Shown piece by piece: positions 27,654 through 35,419 of a stretch of DNA of 64,000 nucleotides (position 1 is its first letter; every line of letters starts with the position of its first letter). The DNA is from an uncultured Acidimicrobiales bacterium (GTDB lineage: Bacteria; Actinomycetota; Acidimicrobiia; Acidimicrobiales; CADCTF01), in contig CADCTF010000053.1 in the NCBI GenBank assembly GCA_902805655.1, positions 5,664-69,663 on the forward strand. Direction: 5' to 3'. Under the pieces are notes generated by a model, which saw only the letters and a list, made by a program, of their open reading frames with translations, made no database searches and was not told the DNA's origin. Both the position numbers and the translations under genes were made by a program.

Positions 27654-29018
27654 TCAGGGACGACGCTTGGGGGTGTGACGGCCACCCCCGGACTTCTTGG
27701 CCTTCTTCTTGCTTCCGGCCCTCTGCAGCGCCTTGCCGCCGAGGCCCATGGAGCCCATCATCTTCTGGGCTTCCTTGAACTGCTTGAGCAGCAGGTTGAC
27801 CTCGCTGGGTGTCGCGCCGCTGCCGTTGGCGATGCGAAGCCGCCGAGAGCCGTTGATCAGATCGGGTTCGACTCGTTCACCCGGCGTCATCGACCGGATG
27901 ATCGCTTCGACCCGCCCGAGCTCGCGATCGTCGATGTTCGCGTTCTTGAGCTCCTTGGGGATCCCGGGGAGCATACCGATGATGCCCTGCAAAGGCCCCA
28001 TCTTCTTGAGCTGCTGCATCTGCTCGAGGAAGTCCTCGAGGGTGAAGCGACCCTCCTGCAGTGCGGTGGCCGCGCGGGCCGCAACGTCCTGGTCGTACTC
28101 CTGCTCGGCCCGCTCGATCAAGGTGAGCACGTCACCCATGCCGAGGATGCGGCTCGCCATGCGCTCCGGGTGGAACTGCTCGAAGTCCGTCTGCTTCTCT
28201 CCGACCGAAGCGAACGCGATGGGCCGACCCACCACCTCCTTCACCGAGAGAGCTGCGCCACCGCGGGCATCACCGTCGAGCTTGGAGAGGATCACTCCGT
28301 CGAGCTCCAGCACGGAGTGGAACGCCTCGGCGGTCTCGACGGCGGCCTGGCCGATCATGGCGTCGATCACGAGGAACGTGTAGTGCGGGTCGACGGCCTC
28401 GCTGATGAGGCGCATCTCGTCCATGAGGTCGGCGTCGATGGTGAGGCGCCCGGCCGTGTCGACGATGACGACGTCGCGGCCGACGCGCACGGCCTCGGCC
28501 ACCCCGTTGCGGGCCACGCTCACCGGGTCGGTCGGCTCGCTGAAGACCGGCACTCCGGCCTGGGCGCCGAGAACCCGCAGCTGCTCGACGGCTGCCGGGC
28601 GTTGCAGGTCGGCGCCGACCAGCAGCGGGTTGCGACCCTGCTGCTTGAACCACCGGGCCAGCTTCCCGGCACCCGTGGTCTTTCCTGAACCCTGCAGCCC
28701 GGCCAGCAGCACCACCGTCGGCGGCTTGCTGGCGTAGGTGATCTTCAGGTTCTCGCCGCCCAGGACGTTGGTGAGCTCGGCGTTGACGATCTTGATGACC
28801 TGTTGGCCCGGCGTCAGGCTCTTGGAGAGGTCGGCTCCGACGCATGCCGACCGGATCCGCTCGATGATGCCGCGCACGACGGTGAAGTTGACGTCCGCCT
28901 CGAGCAGGGCGAGCCGGATCTCCCGGAGCACCTCGTCGACGTCCGCCTCACCGAGGCGGCCGCGTCCCCTGAGGCGCGTGAAGATGCCGTCGAAGCGGTC
29001 GGAGAGAGAGTCGAACAT
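27654..29018 (-). CDS. ffh: Signal recognition particle protein Ffh
   Basis: Start at ATG 29018 (MFDSLSDRF...). NG domain with GLQGSGKTT, DTAGRL and TKLDGDARGG motifs, a Met-rich M domain and a basic tail. Confidence 0.95.
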   Translation of the reverse strand: MFDSLSDRFDGIFTRLRGRGRLGEADVDEVLREIRLALLEADVNFTVVRGIIERIRSACVGADLSKSLTPGQQVIKIVNAELTNVLGGENLKITYASKPPTVVLLAGLQGSGKTTGAGKLARWFKQQGRNPLLVGADLQRPAAVEQLRVLGAQAGVPVFSEPTDPVSVARNGVAEAVRVGRDVVIVDTAGRLTIDADLMDEMRLISEAVDPHYTFLVIDAMIGQAAVETAEAFHSVLELDGVILSKLDGDARGGAALSVKEVVGRPIAFASVGEKQTDFEQFHPERMASRILGMGDVLTLIERAEQEYDQDVAARAATALQEGRFTLEDFLEQMQQLKKMGPLQGIIGMLPGIPKELKNANIDDRELGRVEAIIRSMTPGERVEPDLINGSRRLRIANGSGATPSEVNLLLKQFKEAQKMMGSMGLGGKALQRAGSKKKAKKSGGGRHTPKRRP

Positions 29019-29076
29019 GCGAGCGATCAGGGTACTGGCCCGCCGGGAGGCAGACGACAACCGGACCCCGGACGCG

Positions 29077-29107
29077 CCTGTGGCGCCGCACGGGGCGGCG
29101 CCACAGG
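29077..29107 (-). terminator. Perfect 13-bp hairpin (CCTGTGGCGCCGC-ACGGG-GCGGCGCCACAGG) downstream of the DUF3618 gene
   Basis: Read directly. Lies 38 nt after the TAG of the upstream gene and 59 nt before the ffh start. No U-tract. Confidence 0.5.
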
Positions 29108-29144
29108 TATGGGACAGCACGAAGTGCTGCCTGCGCTGGTGCTG

Positions 29145-29906
29145 CTAGCTGGGACGCACTTCCTGAGCCGCGCCCTTGCCCTCCTGGGCAACGGTCTGGC
29201 CGGCGTCCTTGGCCTGGGCGGCGACGCCCTGGCTCGCGGACTTGGCCTCCTCGGTGACGTGCTGCGTCGCCGACGTGGCTTCCTCCTTCACTTCGCTGGC
29301 TGCCACCGAGGCCGCGTCCTTGACGGTGGCCACCGACTCCATGGCGGTGTCGCTCATGGCCGACTGGATCTCGCCGACGGCCTGCTTCGCCGTGTCGGCC
29401 AGCGGCTCGGCCTTGTCCTTCAGAGCGACGGCCGCACGCTGCTCCGCCGAGCTCGCCGGGAGCAGCGAGGAGAGGAGCAGCCCGGCACCGAAGGCGATGA
29501 TGCCAGCGGCCATGGGGTTGCCCTGGGCCTGAGCCTTCGCCGCCTGGGGGGCGGAGCGGACGCCACCGACCACGGTGGACACGCCGGAGCCGACGGCGTC
29601 GGTGGCGGACGACGCCGCCGAACCGACGGTGTCGACTGCGGAGCCTGCTGCGGACGACATGGTGCCGGCTGCAGAGCCGACGGCATCCCGACCGGCCGAT
29701 GCGTAGTCCGTCGTGGTGCCCTGCACCTGCTCGGCCGAGCCCATGACCCGCTCGCGCGCCCGGGACAAGCCGCCCCTCACCCGCTCGGTCTTCCGCTCGT
29801 AGATCCGACCTGGGCTCACTCGGTCCCCGATCGCATCCAGCTTGTACCCGAGGTCACCTCGGACCTCGGCGATCTCCTGCCTCAGCTCATCCGGGCTTTT
29901 GCCCAT
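29145..29906 (-). CDS. DUF3618-like protein with Ala/Ser/Gly and amphipathic repeats and one TM segment
   Basis: Start at ATG 29906 with SD GAAGGAGGA. N-terminus is MGKSPDELRQEIAEVRGDLGYKLDAIGDRV (DUF3618-like). A central TM (MAAGIIAFGAGLLLSSLL) is followed by a repeat-rich tail. Confidence 0.7.
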   Translation of the reverse strand: MGKSPDELRQEIAEVRGDLGYKLDAIGDRVSPGRIYERKTERVRGGLSRARERVMGSAEQVQGTTTDYASAGRDAVGSAAGTMSSAAGSAVDTVGSAASSATDAVGSGVSTVVGGVRSAPQAAKAQAQGNPMAAGIIAFGAGLLLSSLLPASSAEQRAAVALKDKAEPLADTAKQAVGEIQSAMSDTAMESVATVKDAASVAASEVKEEATSATQHVTEEAKSASQGVAAQAKDAGQTVAQEGKGAAQEVRPS

Positions 29907-30322
29907 TCTGCGTCCTCCTTCAAAGTCTCGACTGTTTGTTGCGGACCCTTCACCTCTGCCAGCTTCTTCTTGCCCGACGAGGCCAGAACGGCAGCGGCGA
30001 TGCCGTACACGATTGCGACGATCAGGAACGCCACACCTTCGGGAACGATCTCGGTCAACCCCCACGCCACTGCGAGGGAGATGAAGAGCAGGAAGAAGTA
30101 ACCCGTGACGGCGGCTGCGCCGAGAGTGCCGGCGGCCTTTCCTGCGTCCTTCGCCTCGACCCGCAGCTCGGCCTTGGCCAGCTCGAGCTCCTTGCGCATC
30201 AAGAGGCTCATGTCAGCGGTCATCCCAGCGACGAGCTCACCGAGGGTCGGCTCGTCCTGCGAGGAGGCCGCGCCGCCGGTTGGTGGGAGGTGCTGCGGCG
30301 GGGGTGACATCGATGACGCCAT
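29882..30322 (-). CDS. Actinobacterial Holin-X-like two-TM protein (Phage_holin_3_6-type)
   Basis: 146 aa. LGELVAGMTADMSLLMRKELELAKAEL is followed by two TM helices and KKKLAEVKGP...TVETLKED. Shares 1 nt with the upstream stop, and its 3' end overlaps the next gene by 25 nt. Confidence 0.7.
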   Translation of the reverse strand: MASSMSPPPQHLPPTGGAASSQDEPTLGELVAGMTADMSLLMRKELELAKAELRVEAKDAGKAAGTLGAAAVTGYFFLLFISLAVAWGLTEIVPEGVAFLIVAIVYGIAAAVLASSGKKKLAEVKGPQQTVETLKEDAEWAKARMS

Positions 30323-31188
30323 CAGACGCTGCCGCCCAGCGGCGGCGGTGTGTACGACGAAGGGACGCCGGCCGGCGCGGTGTGGGAGGGCTCGACGAGG
30401 TCGTCGACCATCACGTCACCATCCGGGACGCGGGGCACACCGGTCGAGCCTGCGGACATGCCGGTTCCGAGGGGCGAGCCCGTGGTCGGATCGAGCTCCG
30501 CCGTCGGGTACGCCGGCGGGTAGTCGATGGTGCCGAGTGCCCGGGGCTGCGAGCTGCTCTGCGGGCCGGCAGCCTTGGCGCCGGCGACGACGCGGCCGAC
30601 ACCCACGCCCAGACCCAGCGCGCCGAGCAGGAAGAGACCGGGCTTGCGCCGCGCGAAGCGCTGCACGTCGGCGAGGGCGCCATCGACGCCTCCGCTCTGG
30701 ATGCGCTCGGCCAGCTCGCCGAGCCGGTCGGCGCCCTGCTCGAGGTAGCTCCGGATCTGCGGGGCCTCGTCGGGCCGACCGTCGAGAAGGGCGCGGACCT
30801 GGTCGCCCAAGCCCGTGAGGCCTTCGGCCAGACGGCCCGCCTGGGTCTCGGCCTGCTCGCGCACCTGCGCGGTCGCGTCGGTGACGAGGCTGCGCACCTC
30901 GGTGGTCGCCACGTCCTTCACCTCGGCGACCTTCTCGACCGCGGTGCTGGCCACGGACGACGCGGCGTCAGCCGCCTCCGACGCAACGTGGCGGGTCTGG
31001 TCGGTGGCCGCGCTCGCAACGCCGCTGGCCTCTTGCTTCGCCGTGCCGGCCACGTTGGCGGCCTGCTCCTTGGCGTTCTGGGCCGTGGAGCCGTCGTCGA
31101 CCGGGAGGCCGGACGCCTCGGGCGGCGCCGCCCCGCCGGTGACGGCTCCTACTCCTGTAGTGATGGGTGGATCGATGCCCTGGCTCAC
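30322..31188 (-). CDS. Hypothetical repeat-rich protein with one TM and a Pro-rich tail (first gene of the triad)
   Basis: 288 aa from GTG 31188. The N-terminal half has amphipathic Ala/Glu/Gln/Thr repeats. RFARRKPGLFLLGALGLGVGVG is the TM segment. Confidence 0.6.
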   Translation of the reverse strand: MSQGIDPPITTGVGAVTGGAAPPEASGLPVDDGSTAQNAKEQAANVAGTAKQEASGVASAATDQTRHVASEAADAASSVASTAVEKVAEVKDVATTEVRSLVTDATAQVREQAETQAGRLAEGLTGLGDQVRALLDGRPDEAPQIRSYLEQGADRLGELAERIQSGGVDGALADVQRFARRKPGLFLLGALGLGVGVGRVVAGAKAAGPQSSSQPRALGTIDYPPAYPTAELDPTTGSPLGTGMSAGSTGVPRVPDGDVMVDDLVEPSHTAPAGVPSSYTPPPLGGSV

Positions 31189-31287
31189 GTCTGTCCTCTC
31201 TGAACGGGTTCGGGACCTCGCCTCCCCTACCCGGGCGACCGGCGTTCAACCGGAGTGCCAGAGATGCATGCATGCCAGCCGCGAGCG

Positions 31288-32442
31288 TCAGCCGAAGAGC
31301 GCCTCGACGAACTCGTCCGGGTCGAACTCGATGAGGTCCTCCGCCTGCTCCCCCAGCCCAACGAGCTTGATGGGGATGCCGAGCTCAGCCTGGATGGCGA
31401 GGGCGATGCCACCCTTCGCCGTGCCGTCGAGCTTGGTGAGCACGATGCCGGTGACCCCCACCGCCTCGGCGAACTCCTTCGCCTGCACCAGGCCGTTCTG
31501 CCCGGTCGTCGCATCGATCACCAGCAGGATCTCCTGCAGCTTTCCCGGTGGGCGCTCGGCTACGCGCTTCACCTTCTTGAGCTCGGCCATCAGGTTGACC
31601 TTGTTGTGGAGGCGGCCGGCGGTGTCGGCCAGTACGAGGTCAGCACCCTTCGAGGACGCCCGCTCCACCGCGTCGAAGATGACCGAGCTCGGGTCGGCGC
31701 CTTCCGCGCCGCGCACGACGTCGGCTCCGGACCGCTCCGCCCACAGCTCCAGCTGCTCCGCCGCTGCTGCCCGGAAGGTGTCACCCGCGGCCATGACGAC
31801 CTTCCGGCCGTTGGTCTTCTCCCGGTGCCCCACCTTGCCGATCGAGGTCGTCTTGCCGACTCCGTTCACACCGACGAACAGCCAGACGTTGGTCGAGCCG
31901 GCCTCGAGGACCATGCTCCGGTCACCCTCCGCCAACATCTCCTTCAGCTCCGCCTTGAGCCCGTCGAGCAGCTCTTGGGAGGTGGTCAGCCCTTCCGCCT
32001 TCACCCGCGTGCGGAGCTCGTCGAGCACCGTGCCCGTGAGCCTCACGCCCACGTCGGCCCGGATGAGGGCTTCCTCGAGGTCGTCCCAGGTCTGCTGGTC
32101 GATGGCGGAGCGCGACAGGACAGAGCCGAAGTATCCGGCGAGGAGGTTCCGGGCCTTGCCCAGCCGGTCGCGGAAGCGCGGTCGAGGAGGCGCCGGAGCG
32201 GGGGCCTCGACCACCTCCGGCGGGAGAACGAGCGCATCCTCGATGTCTCGGATCGTCTCGTCGTCGAGGTCGGTCGGCTCCCGGGTGGCCGTTCCGGCGC
32301 TCGGCCGGGGCGGCTGGATCGGCCGGGTGCGGGGCGGCGGCTCGAGCTCGATGCCCCGGCGGCGGCGCCGGGTGGCGACGGTGCCGCCCACCACGCCCAG
32401 CAGCACCACGGCCAGCACGATCACAACGAGAATGGGCTCCAT
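31288..32442 (-). CDS. ftsY: Signal recognition particle receptor FtsY (N-terminal TM anchor)
   Basis: 384 aa with an N-terminal TM helix, a Pro/Arg linker, and an NG domain with GVNGVGKTT, DTAGRL and TKLDGTAKGG. Confidence 0.95.
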   Translation of the reverse strand: MEPILVVIVLAVVLLGVVGGTVATRRRRRGIELEPPPRTRPIQPPRPSAGTATREPTDLDDETIRDIEDALVLPPEVVEAPAPAPPRPRFRDRLGKARNLLAGYFGSVLSRSAIDQQTWDDLEEALIRADVGVRLTGTVLDELRTRVKAEGLTTSQELLDGLKAELKEMLAEGDRSMVLEAGSTNVWLFVGVNGVGKTTSIGKVGHREKTNGRKVVMAAGDTFRAAAAEQLELWAERSGADVVRGAEGADPSSVIFDAVERASSKGADLVLADTAGRLHNKVNLMAELKKVKRVAERPPGKLQEILLVIDATTGQNGLVQAKEFAEAVGVTGIVLTKLDGTAKGGIALAIQAELGIPIKLVGLGEQAEDLIEFDPDEFVEALFG

Positions 32443-32582
32443 CGACCGTCGAGCCTAGGGGCTCGTCCGGAGCGGCCTTCGAGCGCCCGACCGCCGCCGG
32501 AGGCCCGCTCCGGCTGGCGCATCGACCATCCCGGGCCAATACTCCACGGAGGCGACCGAGGGGGGAGCCGAAGGAGGACGCG

Positions 32583-34121
32583 ATGTATCCGGGGACGTGG
32601 GCTGAGTCGCATCCCGACCGACCGGCGGTGATCATGGGGGCATCCGGTGCCGTCGTCACCTACCGGGAGCTCGACGAGAGGTCGACTCGACTGGCTGGGC
32701 TCTTCCGGTCGACCGGGCTGCAGCGCGGGGACCACGTCGCGCTCTTCCTGGAGAACCAGCCTCGGTTCATGGAGGTCGTGTGGGCGGCGCTGCGCTCCGG
32801 CCTCTACATCACGGCCGTCAACAGCCACCTCACGGCAGAAGAGCTGACCTACATCCTCGACGACTGCGAGGCGCAGGCCCTGGTGACCTCCTCGGTCTAC
32901 GAGCCGCTGATGGCAGACCTCGACTTGGCTGCGCTGCCCCGGTTGTCGACCCGACTGATGATCGACGGCACCGCACCGGGCTTCGAGGCCTACGAGGACG
33001 CGATCGCCGCCTTCCCGGCGACCCGACTGGAGGACGAGAGCAACGGCGCCACCATGCTGTACTCGTCGGGCACGACCGGCCGGCCGAAGGGCGTGCTGCG
33101 GCCGCTGCCGGAGGGGCGTCCCTCTGACGCGGACGCGCGCCTGGCCGGGCTGACCAACATGTACAAGTTCCGCGACGGGATGGTGTACCTGTCGCCGGCA
33201 CCCATGTATCACGCCGCACCGCTGGCCTTCTCGACCAACGTGCAGCGCTTCGGCGGCACCGTCGTGATCATGGAGCGGTTCGACCCGGAGGCGTCTCTGC
33301 GGCTCATCGAGGGCCACCGGGTGTCGCACAGCCAATGGGTGCCGACGATGTTCGTCCGCCTGCTGCGGCTGCCGGACGACGTTCGTCTGGCCCATGACCT
33401 GTCGACCCACGAGGTGGCCATCCACGCCGCAGCACCGTGCCCGGTGGCCGTCAAGCGGTCGATGATCGAGTGGTGGGGCCCGATCCTCTACGAGTACTAC
33501 GCCGGCACCGAGGGCAACGGCTCGACCTCGATCACCAGCGAGGAGTGGCTCGAGCACCCAGGGTCTGTCGGCCGGGCCCGCACCGGTAAGGTCCACATCG
33601 TCGGCGAGGACGGCCAGGAGCTCCCTCCCGGCGAGGAGGGCAACGTGTACTTCTCGGGAGCCGGCTCCTTCGAGTACCACAAGGACCGCGAGAAGACCGA
33701 GGGGGCCCGCCTCCCGGGTGGTCTCACGACCCTCGGCGACGTCGGGTACCTCGACCCCGAGGGCTGGCTGTACCTCACCGACCGCAAGGCGTACATGATC
33801 ATCTCGGGAGGCGTGAACATCTACCCCCGGGAGATCGAGGACGTGCTGATCCAGCACCCGGCGGTGGCCGACGTCGCCGTTTTCGGCATCCCCCACGAGG
33901 ACCTCGGCGAACAGGTCAAGGCGGTGGTGGAGCTGCTCGACGGCCGGGACCCGAGCGAGGAGCTGGCCGCCGAGCTGGTGGCCTTCACCCGACAGCACCT
34001 CGCCGGCTTCAAGTGCCCGAGGTCGGTCGACTTCGTCGACCAGCTGCCCCGCCTGCCGACCGGAAAGCTGTACAAGCGCGTGCTGCGCGACCCCTACTGG
34101 AAGACGGAGGACGCCCGATGA
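32583..34121 (+). CDS. Acyl-CoA synthetase (AMP-forming, FadD-like)
   Basis: 512 aa with MLYSSGTTGRPKGV (AMP-binding P-loop), YYAGTEG and GDVGYLDPEGWLYLTDRK motifs. Confidence 0.9.
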   Translation: MYPGTWAESHPDRPAVIMGASGAVVTYRELDERSTRLAGLFRSTGLQRGDHVALFLENQPRFMEVVWAALRSGLYITAVNSHLTAEELTYILDDCEAQALVTSSVYEPLMADLDLAALPRLSTRLMIDGTAPGFEAYEDAIAAFPATRLEDESNGATMLYSSGTTGRPKGVLRPLPEGRPSDADARLAGLTNMYKFRDGMVYLSPAPMYHAAPLAFSTNVQRFGGTVVIMERFDPEASLRLIEGHRVSHSQWVPTMFVRLLRLPDDVRLAHDLSTHEVAIHAAAPCPVAVKRSMIEWWGPILYEYYAGTEGNGSTSITSEEWLEHPGSVGRARTGKVHIVGEDGQELPPGEEGNVYFSGAGSFEYHKDREKTEGARLPGGLTTLGDVGYLDPEGWLYLTDRKAYMIISGGVNIYPREIEDVLIQHPAVADVAVFGIPHEDLGEQVKAVVELLDGRDPSEELAAELVAFTRQHLAGFKCPRSVDFVDQLPRLPTGKLYKRVLRDPYWKTEDAR

Positions 34122-35392
34122 GCATCACCGAAGAAGCACCAGAGCTGACCGACACGCCCGAGATGGCGGCGTTCCGTCAACGGGTACGGGAGTTCCTCGC
34201 CGACCATGCTGCATCCCGGCCCACGCCGGAAGCCCAGCAGGACCGCCTGACCGAGGCCTCGCCGGCGGCCGAGGTCATCAGCCGGGCCAAGGCGTACCAG
34301 GCCGCCCTCTACGACGCCGGCTTGGCCGGCATCACGTGGCCGAAGGAGTACGGCGGCCAGGGGCTCACCAACGAGTACCAGCGGGTGTTCAACGAGGAGA
34401 TGGCCGGGCACGAGGTGCCCAACGGCGTCTACACCATCGGCCTCGGCATGGTGATCCCGACCCTCCTCGAGTTCGGCACCGAGGACCAGAAGCGGCGCTA
34501 CGTGGCCAAGGCGCTGCGGGGTGAGGAGATCTGGTCGCAGCTGTTCTCCGAGCCGGGCGCCGGCTCCGACGTCGCCAGCCTGCAGTCCAAGGCCGAGCGA
34601 GACGGTGACGAGTGGGTGCTCAACGGCCAGAAGGTGTGGACCACGGGCGCTCAGCACTCCGACTTCGGCGCCGTCATCGCGCGCACCAACCCTGACAACC
34701 CCAAGCATCGCGGCATCACCATGTTCATCGTCGACTTCAAGGCGGCCGGCGTCGACGTCCGACCCCTCCGTCAGATGAACGGCGGCAGCGGGTTCAACGA
34801 GGTGTTCTTCAGCGACGTGCGGGTGCCGGCCGATGCGGTGATCGGCTCGGTCGACGACGGCTGGCGCTGCGCCATCGCCATGCTCATGAACGAGCGCGTG
34901 GCGATCGGGTCCGGCGGCGGCGGTGGCCGGGGCGGCGGCGGCATCGACGCACTGACCAAGGCGGCTCGGGAGCGCGGGCTGAACCTCGACCCGGTGACCC
35001 GGCAGGCGATCGTCGACGTCTACATCCGGCAGCGGATCATCGGCTTCATCGGCCAGCGCACGCGCGCGGCATTGAAGGCAGGGAGGGCGCCGGGACCCGA
35101 GGGCTCCATCGGGAAGCTGGCTGGTGCGCTGCTGGCCCGGCGCAGCTCGGACCTCGGCATGGCGCTGGCCGGACCGGCCGGCCAGGCCTGGCTGCCAGGC
35201 GACGATCGCTCCGGTCGTTGGGCTCAGGCGGTGCTGAGTGCGCCGGCCTCCCGTATCGCCGGCGGCACCGACGAGGTGCAGCGCAACATCATCGGGGAGC
35301 GGGTGCTCGGCCTGCCGAAGGAGCCTCAGGTCGACCGTGACCAGCCGTTCCGCGAGCTTCGCGTGGGCACCCAGACCGAGCCGGTGCGGTAG
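34118..35392 (+). CDS. Acyl-CoA dehydrogenase
   Basis: Start at ATG 34118, overlapping the upstream TGA (ATGA). WSQLFSEPGAGSDVASL, WTTGAQHSD and the C-terminal IAGGTDEVQRNIIGERVLGLP are typical ACAD motifs. Confidence 0.9.
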   Translation: MSITEEAPELTDTPEMAAFRQRVREFLADHAASRPTPEAQQDRLTEASPAAEVISRAKAYQAALYDAGLAGITWPKEYGGQGLTNEYQRVFNEEMAGHEVPNGVYTIGLGMVIPTLLEFGTEDQKRRYVAKALRGEEIWSQLFSEPGAGSDVASLQSKAERDGDEWVLNGQKVWTTGAQHSDFGAVIARTNPDNPKHRGITMFIVDFKAAGVDVRPLRQMNGGSGFNEVFFSDVRVPADAVIGSVDDGWRCAIAMLMNERVAIGSGGGGGRGGGGIDALTKAARERGLNLDPVTRQAIVDVYIRQRIIGFIGQRTRAALKAGRAPGPEGSIGKLAGALLARRSSDLGMALAGPAGQAWLPGDDRSGRWAQAVLSAPASRIAGGTDEVQRNIIGERVLGLPKEPQVDRDQPFRELRVGTQTEPVR

Positions 35393-35419
35393 CGGAGGAG
35401 GCACCGCAGCCCGGGGCCG

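Noticed and set aside
29882-30322. The Holin-X-type gene as evidence for a prophage or lysis cassette.
   Set aside because: No endolysin, terminase, capsid, integrase or att-like repeats are present anywhere nearby. The gene is embedded in a three-gene membrane module between ffh and ftsY.
31264-31273. ATGCATGCAT palindrome downstream of ftsY.
   Set aside because: A single short palindrome with no partner site or conserved context that I can evaluate. Probably chance.
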